DNA of 64,000 bases, from positions 28,294 to 92,293 of the IMG/VR virus record IMGVR_UViG_3300031760_000004; one strand, written 5' to 3'. Below, piece by piece: positions 1 through 9,205 of the stretch. A model generated the notes under the pieces. The model did not search any database. It saw only the letters and a program-made list of their open reading frames with translations, and was not told the origin of the DNA. Source of the DNA: a virus. Its lineage: Duplodnaviria > Heunggongvirae > Uroviricota > Caudoviricetes. The position numbers and the translations under genes were made by a program. Every line of letters starts with the position of its first letter. Positions within the stretch are counted from its first letter, which is position 1.

Positions 1-557
1 CCACGCTCGATTTCGTGCCACCACAGCTTCATGAACTCCGTGACGTACGGCGAGTCGATCTCGTACCTTATCCCGGTCTCGGCCATCATTCCATGGTGCT
101 CGGACATGCCGGCGGCCCTGTACCTCTTGAGCTGCTCGTCCAGACCGGCGGTCCTGTGCGGCCTGACTCGGCGAATCTCCTTGGCCTCCATGAAGATATC
201 GTCCCATCCGTAGTGCATCATGGCGTACAGGTATTTCCCGGGCGAGGCCGTTTCAGACACAAGTGTCCGCAGGTTGTCGGTTATGGCCATTGTGCCGTCT
301 ATCCAAAATCTGATCTTGTATTCCGGGAACATGGAGAACAGATGGGTCTTCACGTATCTTGCCTTGCGAACCGGTTCAAGATCACAGGCTTCCTTCGGGA
401 ACCGCACGGTCTCCCAGATGCGCGACTTCAGAAGCGGGTTGTCCGTGACGCACACGTACCTGCATCCGGGGGTTTTCGCCCTTGGATCCTTGAGCGCGTC
501 GTACCCCTTGGTTATGGCCGTGACCACGACCATGCTACTGTCAGATGTCACTCCCAT
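1..557 (-). CDS. Partial glycosyltransferase-like protein (N-terminal portion; the ORF runs off the window edge), DUF616/TOD1-like motif VVVTAITKGYD
   Basis: Reverse-complement translation from ATG at 557 (or 533) gives MGVTSDSSMVVVTAITKGYDALKDPRAKTPGCRYVCVTDNP..., open to the window edge. Its start overlaps the stop of the upstream GT2 gene, so the two are translationally coupled. It is not in the ORF track because it is truncated by the window edge. Confidence 0.45.
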   Translation of the reverse strand, partial: MGVTSDSSMVVVTAITKGYDALKDPRAKTPGCRYVCVTDNPLLKSRIWETVRFPKEACDLEPVRKARYVKTHLFSMFPEYKIRFWIDGTMAITDNLRTLVSETASPGKYLYAMMHYGWDDIFMEAKEIRRVRPHRTAGLDEQLKRYRAAGMSEHHGMMAETGIRYEIDSPYVTEFMKLWWHEIER

Positions 558-1216
558 AGCGACCTTCCCTTATCGATCCATTTCGACGTGTCCAGATTCC
601 TGAGCGACGCGTTCTTAAGATGATCCACGAAGTCAACCAGCTCTATCTTCAGAATGCGCCATCCCGCCGCGGAGATGTCGTGGTTGAACGAGGCTCCGGT
701 GTCGACAGGCGGCTTTGACGCCATGCACATGTCAGGACGCCAGTACCGTATCCCATCGCGTCGCATCCTGTAGGCGTTGAATGCGCAGAAGTACGGGAGC
801 AGCCTGTCGCCGGGGGTCCTGTCCCACCCCACCTGCCCGACGGCGCCGTAATCCGAGCCCGACGGAATCGTTGCGAGCAGCTTGCGTACTGGCGGCTTGA
901 AAAGCACGTCGTCGTCGGCCAGCAGCACCCATTTCGAGTCGATCGCGTGGTGCAGCGCCCAGTCTATCGAGCAGGCGTGCCTGTCGGACGGCTGACTCAT
1001 GTTCTCTGGCTTCATTCCCAGAAGCTTGCTGCCGCGGTTGTCGACCTCCCTGAACAGCTTTGCGTTGAACACGGGAGAATGCACGCTGCCGCCGTTGTTC
1101 ATCACCACTACCGGAAGCTTGCGGCCCAGCTGCTTGAACAGCGACCTGACCATGTAGTCCACGAGTTCGCACTTGTTGTACGTGCATGTGAGCACGGTGC
1201 AGTCGTCAAGCAGCAT
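548..1216 (-). CDS. Glycosyltransferase family 2-like protein
   Basis: 222 aa. Contains VVVMNNGGS...LLADDDVLF, a GT-A fold DxD-type signature. The start codon overlaps the stop of the 856-aa GT. Confidence 0.55.
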   Translation of the reverse strand: MLLDDCTVLTCTYNKCELVDYMVRSLFKQLGRKLPVVVMNNGGSVHSPVFNAKLFREVDNRGSKLLGMKPENMSQPSDRHACSIDWALHHAIDSKWVLLADDDVLFKPPVRKLLATIPSGSDYGAVGQVGWDRTPGDRLLPYFCAFNAYRMRRDGIRYWRPDMCMASKPPVDTGASFNHDISAAGWRILKIELVDFVDHLKNASLRNLDTSKWIDKGRSLWE

Positions 1217-3786
1217 TACGGAAACCTCCTAAGGTCCTTCTCGGCCTTCTGCCTGGCGTCGGCCGCGATCTTCCTGGCCTGCGCGGCCACGTACCCGTGC
1301 GAGAACTCCTCGGAAAGCAGGTCCCCCGACAGCTGAAGCCTTGCCGCCGCGCACCGCCTCGTGCCGTCGGCCGCGTTCTCGTGTATGTTCCCGTCGGCCT
1401 TCGGTGAGTACACGTACCACGGCGTGGCGCACGGTGCGACTGTCTTCACGGCGTCGCACAGGCGCATGAACCACACCACGTCGTTGAACCTGTACCTGTC
1501 GGCCATGAACCTCCTGGACAGCGAGGTCCTGTGGCACACCGTCCACGGCGCCTGGTTGTGCCGCACCAGCTCCTGAGGCGACCACTCGGTGCGCACCTTC
1601 TTCATTGAGCCCCAGTAGTAGGACAGCGCGACCGCGTCCGGGTACCCCGCCGCCACGACGGCGTCGTGCACAGCCTGTAGCGCGTCCGGGGACGCAAAGT
1701 CGTCGTCGACGTCCATGTACAGGGTGTACCTTGACGTCCCGATGTCCAGGGCGACGTTCCTGGCCCCTCCGGCGCAAGACCTCTTGTCAAGCAGCGCGAA
1801 CCTGACCCACGGCCTCTTCTCCGAGACCTCGGCGATGGCGTCCCTGGTGTCGTCGTCCGAGGCGTCGTCCCCTATGTGCCATTCGAAGTCACGGAACGAC
1901 TGCCTGTCGAGGGCCTCGGCCAGTCGCCTCACGCACGCCGCCCTGTTGCGCACCGGCGTTATTATCCTGAAGAACGGGCCGTCCGCCCCGTCGGCTCTCG
2001 ATTCCGCCGCCGGTCCGTCTGAGGCCTGGTCCCTGAGCCTTTTGTCGGCGTCGGCGTCGTTTAGCGCCACATACTCCTCGGGTATCGCGAACCCGTGGCC
2101 GGCGGTTGATTCGCCTATGTGCATGAAGAGCCCGTTGTCGTAGGTGTCCGTCGGCAGGTCGTCCGGGTACAGGACCTGGCAGTTCTCGGACAGCCCTCCT
2201 TTGAACCGCACGGCGTACGCGGCCACTACCTGCCTCTCCATCTCCTGGTGGTTGCAGTTCTCCGGGTAGTACCCTATGGCGTCGTACACCCTCTTGTGCC
2301 TCAGCATGACCTGGTTGTTGAACACGTACTTGTAGTGTGCGTTCATCACGCTGCCGGCCACCACGTTGACGAACCCCTTTATTTTGGACGGGCGCGTCCT
2401 GGTCCATGTCACGCCGGTTCCGGACGGCTTCGTCTTAACGTACGCCAGCCGTATTCCGGCCACGTCGTTGGACATTATGGTGTCCACGCACCCGGTGATG
2501 TCGAATTCGCGTTCCAGCAGGAAGTCGTCCTCGGACGTTAGCACGACCGGCGACCTTGAGAAAGCGTTTCTGAGGCCGTTGTTCATCGAGGCGCCGAGAC
2601 CCCACCGCCCGTTCAGGTTCCGCTCCACGGAGTAGCTTCGGCCGCACTCCCTCAGGACGCGTTCGAGGGCCTCGACGTGCCCGGGCCTGGATCTGTCGTC
2701 GCACACGCAGTAGTGGATGTCGCCGGCGTACCTGAGCTTGCGGCAGAGCATCTCCAGGCACTTGCACGCCACGGCCGTCCTGTCGTGCGTCATGAAGGCC
2801 ACCGTAAGCGGAGGCCGCTCCGACGCCGCGAACGCCGGGGTGTCCACCTCCACGGCCGGCGTGGGCCCTTCGGCGCCGGCTATCCTGACGGCCTTCAGCA
2901 AGTCGCCGGCGTATGCGGCGAAATTCCTGTAGCGCGCCATCTCGTCCGGGTTGAACCGGTATGCCGGAAGGTCAGACGACGACCCGTCCGCGCCGAACAT
3001 CCTGAACCTGCCGCGCCGCAGCCTCAGCCCGGAGCACATTTCGGCCATTCGCTCGCAGTCGGTGACGACAAGCACGACGCGGTCGTCGAACCCTTCGGCA
3101 TCAAACAGGCCGTATCCGTCGTTTGAATCACATCTGGGCCTTAGGAGCGCGGCCAGCACTTCCGAAAGGGCTGACGACGCATTTTTCGGACCATCTATGT
3201 CGCATTCCGACACCTCGTACACGCCGAACGCCCTGAACTCCGCCAGGCACCGGGGCCTCGCGTCCATAGGTATGTCATGAGACATCAGTATACCCATTCT
3301 TGGCGAAACCTGTTTCTCCGGCCATTCCCGCAGGATTCCGCCAGGGACGGACAGAGCCGCGGCGTCGGGCGACCCGTTGCCGAGCACCGCGTCCCTGAGG
3401 CTCCCGACGGTGAACACGGCGACTCCGCCCGACATGGCCGTCTCGGCGATTTTTCTGGTCATTGGCGCCTCCGCCAGCGCCAGCGTTCCAGCATACACGT
3501 GTGCCATGCCGCGTCTCGGCACGGGATCCCTGGAGATCCTCCCGTATGTGCTTGCCGCACGCGAGAACACGATCGCGTCGTCGTCGCCGTTCTTGTCCAG
3601 GACCTTGACAAGCGAGTTCAGGTTCGACACCTTGAAGTCAGCCCGGACGCCGGTGCTGAAATACTTCGACACCACCACCGTCGTTGAAAACCCAGCCTCC
3701 CTCATCCTCTGTAGGCAATGGGCCTGCGACATGCCGCCCATCATATCGGTCGCGAGCACGCCTATGAATCTTCGGTCGTTCTTCAT
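1216..3786 (-). CDS. Large multidomain glycosyltransferase with at least two GT2-like modules
   Basis: 856 aa. Two separate GT-A signatures: FFRIITPVRNRA...HIGDDASDDDT and VAFMTHDRTAV...CVCDDRSRPGH. An extra N-terminal domain is also present. It sits in an operon with the neighbouring GT genes. Confidence 0.6.
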   Translation of the reverse strand: MKNDRRFIGVLATDMMGGMSQAHCLQRMREAGFSTTVVVSKYFSTGVRADFKVSNLNSLVKVLDKNGDDDAIVFSRAASTYGRISRDPVPRRGMAHVYAGTLALAEAPMTRKIAETAMSGGVAVFTVGSLRDAVLGNGSPDAAALSVPGGILREWPEKQVSPRMGILMSHDIPMDARPRCLAEFRAFGVYEVSECDIDGPKNASSALSEVLAALLRPRCDSNDGYGLFDAEGFDDRVVLVVTDCERMAEMCSGLRLRRGRFRMFGADGSSSDLPAYRFNPDEMARYRNFAAYAGDLLKAVRIAGAEGPTPAVEVDTPAFAASERPPLTVAFMTHDRTAVACKCLEMLCRKLRYAGDIHYCVCDDRSRPGHVEALERVLRECGRSYSVERNLNGRWGLGASMNNGLRNAFSRSPVVLTSEDDFLLEREFDITGCVDTIMSNDVAGIRLAYVKTKPSGTGVTWTRTRPSKIKGFVNVVAGSVMNAHYKYVFNNQVMLRHKRVYDAIGYYPENCNHQEMERQVVAAYAVRFKGGLSENCQVLYPDDLPTDTYDNGLFMHIGESTAGHGFAIPEEYVALNDADADKRLRDQASDGPAAESRADGADGPFFRIITPVRNRAACVRRLAEALDRQSFRDFEWHIGDDASDDDTRDAIAEVSEKRPWVRFALLDKRSCAGGARNVALDIGTSRYTLYMDVDDDFASPDALQAVHDAVVAAGYPDAVALSYYWGSMKKVRTEWSPQELVRHNQAPWTVCHRTSLSRRFMADRYRFNDVVWFMRLCDAVKTVAPCATPWYVYSPKADGNIHENAADGTRRCAAARLQLSGDLLSEEFSHGYVAAQARKIAADARQKAEKDLRRFP

Positions 3787-3805
3787 GCACTTCTTTCTCC
3801 GGTTA

Positions 3806-5509
3806 CTATTTTACAGGTTTTACACGGATGGAGCAACCTGAAACGGGCTTGCCGAGCTTCACCGGCTTTCCGGCGCCGCGCTCGACGTGGCAGTTCTCCG
3901 CCAGCTTCGAGACGATGTCGCGCCATGCGAATCCGGTCGACGAGTAGAACGCCACGTACGGGCTGAGGCCGAGGTCCGAGTACGCCCTCTGCACCGCGGC
4001 CCTCATCCGCTCCGCCGTCAGGTCCCGCCATTCCAGCCTCACCTTGACGGCCGGGAACCCTCCCCTGGCCGACACGGTGCAGTCGAACGCCTCACCGCCG
4101 TCTGCGACGACCCTGGAGTCCACGGACAGCCCCACGTTCGCTATCGGGTCCATGACGCCGTTTGCCCTTACCGCGAACACCCCGTCCGGGCCGCAGTGAA
4201 GCGTCCTGCCGTTGGCGAGCGCCACGTTGCTGGGCTCGCCGCACTCCGCGGAGTCGAGCACCGCCACGAGCCTCTTCGTCGACTCCAGGTCGCCGTTGAA
4301 GCCTCCCCTCACGGTGAGCTGCGCGTTCGCGGCCGACCGTATGAGCTCCCTCATCGCCGCCGGCACCCGCTCGGACGCCAGCATGTCCAGCACCGGCCTC
4401 GGGTCTCCGCCGGCCACCATCGCGGCGAACCTCTTCGCGGCCATGTGCTGCAGGTCGTTGGTGACGAGCCTCGCCCCGAACGGGTTCTCAAGGTCCTCCC
4501 TAGGTATCGATCCGACTGGGCACTTCCAGTCGAGTACGCGCATGAGCGGTACTCCCCCGGCCTTTATCTCCGGCGCCGCGAGGGTCCGCAGAACGAACTC
4601 CGTGGACACCGGGAAGTCCGAGGACGACACGACGTCTATGTTCGTGGCGTTCCTGAACGCCTCCGGGAGCGGGTACCCAGAGAACGCCACGATCGGCGGC
4701 GTCTTCGCGGACGACAGCGCCCACAGCGCGTACAGCCTGGCCGCGGCCTCGGGCCTCTCCACCGCAAGCAGCTTCTGCCCGGACTCCGCCAGCTCCTCGC
4801 CGAACACCCCGGCGGTCGGGTGCGTCACGACGGCGGTGTACCTGAACGACTTGTCGGTGGTGTCGAGGACCTCTATCCTGGTGACCTCACCGTTCATGGT
4901 GTAGGGGTACAGGATCAGGCACGACTTGGCGTACTTCGGCTTCTCGAGCTCTCGCAGGCACCTGGGAACCTCGGACCCGTCAGCGGAGAACAGCCCTACG
5001 TCCGGGTGGAGGAGCTTCACGTTGAGCCTCGACAGGCCGGGCCGTATCCCGGCCTTCTCCGGGCATTCGCGCAGCCTCGCCCTGGCCACGGCCAGCCACG
5101 CCTTGAGCATCGTCTGCGACTTGGCCGTGTCGAGGTACAGCTCCGCGTCCTCCTCCGACATCGGCTCCGGAAGGCAGTCCGACAGCTCGCCTCCCTCCAT
5201 GAACATCCTCACGGCGTCGGCGACCGATATCTTCAGCGCCATCGACGCCAGCGACGCGGCGTCGCCCCTGAACCGGCACGCCGGGTTCGAGCATGAAAAC
5301 ACGACGCTGGGGCCGCGTGTGGCGGAAAGGCAGGCCTCGCCGTCCGGATGCAGCGGGCACTCCCATCTCCGGGGGTCGATGCCCGGGCTAGGCTTTCCGT
5401 TGACAGTGGCGAGGATTTTGCCTATACTTGTACCGAAGTGACGTATGAGCTTGTCCGGATAGACATTCATTGGCCTGTGATCCCGTTTTGTGGTAGAATA
5501 TCTTATCAT
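3806..5509 (-). CDS. Hypothetical protein with a Cys-rich, zinc-ribbon-like N-terminus
   Basis: 567 aa ORF, first gene of the minus-strand operon. N-terminus has WECPLHPDGEACLSA...FSCSNPACRF. No confident family assignment. Confidence 0.5.
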   Translation of the reverse strand: MIRYSTTKRDHRPMNVYPDKLIRHFGTSIGKILATVNGKPSPGIDPRRWECPLHPDGEACLSATRGPSVVFSCSNPACRFRGDAASLASMALKISVADAVRMFMEGGELSDCLPEPMSEEDAELYLDTAKSQTMLKAWLAVARARLRECPEKAGIRPGLSRLNVKLLHPDVGLFSADGSEVPRCLRELEKPKYAKSCLILYPYTMNGEVTRIEVLDTTDKSFRYTAVVTHPTAGVFGEELAESGQKLLAVERPEAAARLYALWALSSAKTPPIVAFSGYPLPEAFRNATNIDVVSSSDFPVSTEFVLRTLAAPEIKAGGVPLMRVLDWKCPVGSIPREDLENPFGARLVTNDLQHMAAKRFAAMVAGGDPRPVLDMLASERVPAAMRELIRSAANAQLTVRGGFNGDLESTKRLVAVLDSAECGEPSNVALANGRTLHCGPDGVFAVRANGVMDPIANVGLSVDSRVVADGGEAFDCTVSARGGFPAVKVRLEWRDLTAERMRAAVQRAYSDLGLSPYVAFYSSTGFAWRDIVSKLAENCHVERGAGKPVKLGKPVSGCSIRVKPVK

Positions 5510-5512
5510 AGA
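5486..5512 (+). promoter_or_regulatory. Putative sigma70-type promoter with extended -10 (TTGGCC-18-TGgTAGAAT) in a divergent intergenic region
   Basis: tTGGCCtgtgatcccgttttgTGGTAGAATatcttatcat lies upstream of the 5560 gene. AGGGAG ribosome-binding site 9 nt before the ATG. Confidence 0.35.
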
Positions 5513-5559
5513 ACGAGAACTATGGTCAAAGGAACCTAAGGCAGGGAGATGGCTGACAC

Positions 5560-6852
5560 ATGGACATTACCGACGACACCCTACACTCCAACATGCTGCG
5601 CATATTCCGGGACGGAAAGGTCCCGGAGTACGTGCTTGACGCTAACCCGAACGACATGACCAAGGCCGCCACGGCCAAGTTGCCGGACGCCCTGTTCGCC
5701 GACCGGGTAAACAGGCGCTACCCGATCGACTCCAAGGCCAGCACGTGGCTGTCGGCGGCGTACTTCGCCAAGACGGCGTCCGGGGACGCGTACTCCTCCG
5801 AGGCCCTCAGGGGTCTGGTGCGGGACACCATCAAGCTCGCCGCCGACAAGTACGGGATACGCAAGGACGTCGACGAGGCCATGGAGGCGCTGTCACGCGG
5901 CCCCGCGGAGAAGAAGGCCGCGGACGACGAGTCCAACTACGGGTGGCCCTCAGAGAAAAAGTACCCCATGTTCGACGAGCACGGGGTGAAGATGGCGAAC
6001 AGCTACTTCGCCGAGAACTGCTTCAACTACCCGCCGGCGATGCGCCGCACGATCGCTGAGCGCATCTTCCAGAAGTGCGCCGAATACGGCGTGGAGGCCA
6101 ACGACGTCGTCCGCCGCGAGGCCGGGCAGGGGTTCAACCTCCGCGAGGACGTGGGCGTGGAGCTGGTGGACCGCGTCAAGATGGCGAGCCACGACAGCCC
6201 CGAGCTGGCGTCCGCCCTGGCCGGCGCCGCCCAGGCCATGCTTGAGATGCCCATGGACCGGTACCAGGGCAGCCTGGCCAAGTTCGCGGCCCTGCTCGAC
6301 CGCTTCGACGAGGAGACCGGGTTCGCAGATCGCTACGGCGTCCGCTTCCGCTCGCCTATGGAAATATTCCACGGTCGCAACATAAAGGAGGCCTCCGACT
6401 TCCTGGACGACTCCGTGCAGCTCGGCGGCGACCTGTTCAGCATCACCAAGCTCGCCGGTCTCCCCATGGACCTGTTCACCTCCGCGCTGGGTGATGATTT
6501 CGGCGATATGATCCGCGGATGTGATGGCGGCTCATGCGGCTCGATGAAGGCCATGCGCATCACCAAGAAGGTTCCGGGCGGCCTGATGCGCATCACGATT
6601 TCCGGCGGCGTGCCCGAGATGATGGACGGCGGGTTCGGGTTCGACTCCGACAAGCCGATCGACGTCGAGGACACGGAAGACGCGGAATGCAATCCCGATG
6701 AATGCGAGAAGGCTGAGGAGCCGAAGGAGTTCGAGGAGGACGACGGCGGCGAAGGCGTCATCGACGTCAAGAAGCTCGGAAAGGCCCTGAAGGCGCTCCC
6801 GGAGCGCGACAGGAACGCGCTTCGCAAGGCGATTGAACTGTACATGGACTAA
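5560..6852 (+). CDS. Hypothetical protein with a highly acidic C-terminal region (possibly scaffold or virion-associated)
   Basis: 430 aa. Good ribosome-binding site. C-terminal D/E-rich tail (DVEDTEDAECNPDECEKAEEPKEFEEDDGGEG). Confidence 0.55.
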   Translation: MDITDDTLHSNMLRIFRDGKVPEYVLDANPNDMTKAATAKLPDALFADRVNRRYPIDSKASTWLSAAYFAKTASGDAYSSEALRGLVRDTIKLAADKYGIRKDVDEAMEALSRGPAEKKAADDESNYGWPSEKKYPMFDEHGVKMANSYFAENCFNYPPAMRRTIAERIFQKCAEYGVEANDVVRREAGQGFNLREDVGVELVDRVKMASHDSPELASALAGAAQAMLEMPMDRYQGSLAKFAALLDRFDEETGFADRYGVRFRSPMEIFHGRNIKEASDFLDDSVQLGGDLFSITKLAGLPMDLFTSALGDDFGDMIRGCDGGSCGSMKAMRITKKVPGGLMRITISGGVPEMMDGGFGFDSDKPIDVEDTEDAECNPDECEKAEEPKEFEEDDGGEGVIDVKKLGKALKALPERDRNALRKAIELYMD

Positions 6853-7400
6853 TGAGGACCACAATGACACGCTACGAACAGGGATTCATGAACAAGTGCG
6901 CCGAGTACGGCGTGGACGGGCAAACCGCCAGACAAATGCTTAAAGTTGCATGGCCGTGGTCAAGTAAGAAAGACGATTCGATCTACCTGGACAAAGTTCC
7001 GCACGAATCAAGTGATACGTTTTTGCCTAGTTTAGGTAAAAAACCTAAATACCATTCACTGGCAACCGCGTTTCAAAAAAGTATGAAACCAAATACTGTA
7101 GGCCAATTACTGCTTACGCTTGACGACAAAGACCCGAATATCCTAAAAGAATACACCGTTGCCACCGATGCTCCGGACTCATGGTCAGAATCCGATGAGT
7201 GGAAACTTATAGCACATGGAGTTGACACAATGAGGAAAAACAAAATAAAGAGGCTTCTTATTGCCATGACTAACTCAGGAAAAAACAGCTCGCCTTATCG
7301 TGTATGGACTGGAGACGTTGTATCACCGAAATCCAAAATGGATGATGGCAACGACATATCCTCGTTGTTTTTTAACGGAGAAGGCATTAGACTAAACTAG
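6852..7400 (+). CDS. Hypothetical protein; compositionally chimeric gene with a GC-rich 5' end and an AT-rich (~40% GC) body
   Basis: 182 aa ORF. A sharp drop in GC from about 6960 to 7400 against a ~63% background. Confidence 0.45.
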   Translation: MRTTMTRYEQGFMNKCAEYGVDGQTARQMLKVAWPWSSKKDDSIYLDKVPHESSDTFLPSLGKKPKYHSLATAFQKSMKPNTVGQLLLTLDDKDPNILKEYTVATDAPDSWSESDEWKLIAHGVDTMRKNKIKRLLIAMTNSGKNSSPYRVWTGDVVSPKSKMDDGNDISSLFFNGEGIRLN

Positions 7401-7401
7401 C

Positions 7402-8109
7402 ATGGATCCATTCCTCCAGCAATTCGGCCACGACCTGTCGGACCCGTTCACGGTCCGGCAGGACCTCATACAGTCGCCCGAGACCATGGCGACGGTGGTC
7501 CACGCCATCATCCGCGACAAGTACGGGGACGAGGCGTACTGGTGGGACCCGCTCACGGTGTCGCTGGAGCTCAAGGCCGACTTCCAGGTCGACCCGTGCC
7601 CGGAGTTCATGGACCGCTGGGGGGCCATGCAGGTCGTCATGACGGGCGACGCCTTCTTCAACCGCGTAGACGCCTTCTTCGGGGTCTGCAACGCCCTGTC
7701 GGACGGAAACCCGTTCTTCGGCGCCTTCGACCCAGTAACGGTCGAGGAGGCCGCCTGGGCGGTGGCGGAAGTCGGAATGAACAGGGACATGCTCCCGTTC
7801 TCCCCGACCATCAAGAAGTACTGCTCGATCATATTGGAGAAGAACGGCTACGGAAAGGGGAACTTCCCGCCGATTTTCGACGTGGTGTTTGACGACGACA
7901 CCACGCTCAAGGACATACGGGCCGGCCTGGTCTCGGACGAGAACGGCAGGGCCCTCCACCAGTACCTTTCGGAGAACGTCGACGACATCGCGAAGCAGTT
8001 CGACTCGCTGGCCGACCTGAAGAACGTGGACGACGACCTGCTCAAGAAGGGGCTTGTCAACGCCTTACGGGAGAACCACAATGAACGCACGCAGCAAAAT
8101 CCTGCTTAA
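7402..8109 (+). CDS. Hypothetical protein
   Basis: 235 aa ORF, tightly packed with its neighbours. Confidence 0.5.
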   Translation: MDPFLQQFGHDLSDPFTVRQDLIQSPETMATVVHAIIRDKYGDEAYWWDPLTVSLELKADFQVDPCPEFMDRWGAMQVVMTGDAFFNRVDAFFGVCNALSDGNPFFGAFDPVTVEEAAWAVAEVGMNRDMLPFSPTIKKYCSIILEKNGYGKGNFPPIFDVVFDDDTTLKDIRAGLVSDENGRALHQYLSENVDDIAKQFDSLADLKNVDDDLLKKGLVNALRENHNERTQQNPA

Positions 8110-8413
8110 GCAGGCTCAGATGCTCGCCCTGCACAACAAGTACGTCAGGGCAATGGAGGCCGGCCGGCGCGAGATCGAGAAGATCGCGGCGGCCGAGATG
8201 GCGAAGCAGGCCATGTACCGCAAGGTGATAGCCGGTCTGAAGGGGCTGGGGAAAGAGGCGCAAACGCAAGCGCAGCCCCCGTCCGTAGTCAAGGCCGTCG
8301 TGTCTCCGGCCGCCAGAAAGCGGCGAAACACGTTGCAGCAGGTGCAGCAGGCGCGACAGGAATACCGGAGCATGCTGCCGAACAATCCAACTCAACCGCA
8401 TAAGGTGGGATAA
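8081..8413 (+). CDS. Hypothetical small protein (helical, K/A/Q-rich)
   Basis: ORF 8054..8413. Internal Met at 8081 gives MNARSKILLKQAQ... Start is uncertain. Confidence 0.4.
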   Translation: MNARSKILLKQAQMLALHNKYVRAMEAGRREIEKIAAAEMAKQAMYRKVIAGLKGLGKEAQTQAQPPSVVKAVVSPAARKRRNTLQQVQQARQEYRSMLPNNPTQPHKVG

Positions 8414-8414
8414 C

Positions 8415-8750
8415 ATGAGCCAGGACAAGATCATAGCCGGTGTCACGGCCCTAATCGGGCTTGCGACAATGTTTTTCGGGATGTCCCATGAGACGGCGTC
8501 CGTCATCCAGTCCGCCGTCCCGGAGGTTGTCGGCGGGGTGATGGCCATGTGCACTGTCATTTCGTACCTGAACAACCGACAGAAGAACAAGGAGCGCGAG
8601 TTCCAGAAGCGCTGCCAGATCTTCCAGGCGATGGCGTACAGCGGGTCCCCTGTGTCAGAAAACGGTTCACCCAGGACCCCCGACGAAGTGAAACACGTCG
8701 AGGACCACGTCGCGAAGGCCGCCAGGGCCGCGTTCGGCATGGAAATCTGA
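8415..8750 (+). CDS. Small membrane protein
   Basis: 111 aa. Hydrophobic segment IIAGVTALIGLATMFFG. Confidence 0.45.
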   Translation: MSQDKIIAGVTALIGLATMFFGMSHETASVIQSAVPEVVGGVMAMCTVISYLNNRQKNKEREFQKRCQIFQAMAYSGSPVSENGSPRTPDEVKHVEDHVAKAARAAFGMEI

Positions 8751-9202
8751 TGAAGAAGATCTCGAAACTCGTCAAAAGGATACCGGCCGTCGGCCACGAG
8801 GCCGGCGACGAAGTCCCGAAGCGCGTCCTGATGAAGTTCGAGGACGGCGAGACCGGCAGGACCAAGTGCGCCGCGTTCATCGAGATAGCCGACACGCAGC
8901 CTCTGAGGACCAGGGGTCTTTCAAAGAGGGCCTCCATCGGAAGAAACGACGGCATGTGGTTCGACTGCCGCGGGCCGTTCTGGATGAAGGACGTCGAGTT
9001 CCCGCTCGACCTCTGCTACCTTGACGAGTCCGGCGCGGTCACGGAGAAGATCGCCATGGCCAAGGACAAGGCCGGCCGCACGCTGTATTCGAGGACGAAG
9101 TACGCGTCCGTGCAGGCGGTCGAGCTTCCGGCCGGGTTCTGCGACAGGCACGGGATAAAAGTGGGCGACTTCCTCGTCCCGTTATTGAAACTGGGGGACT
9201 GA
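8750..9202 (+). CDS. DUF192 (COG1430)-like protein
   Basis: Internal Met of ORF 8549..9202. MKKISKLVKR...GMWFDCRGPFWMKDVEFPLDLCYLDESGAV resembles the DUF192 core. Confidence 0.5.
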   Translation: MKKISKLVKRIPAVGHEAGDEVPKRVLMKFEDGETGRTKCAAFIEIADTQPLRTRGLSKRASIGRNDGMWFDCRGPFWMKDVEFPLDLCYLDESGAVTEKIAMAKDKAGRTLYSRTKYASVQAVELPAGFCDRHGIKVGDFLVPLLKLGD

Positions 9203-9205
9203 CAC

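Noticed and set aside
3887-5296. 469-aa plus-strand ORF and the 230-aa ORF at 4212-4904
   Set aside because: They are antisense to the 567-aa minus-strand gene that is translationally coupled to the GT operon. Their Arg/His/Pro-rich composition is typical of spurious GC-rich frames.
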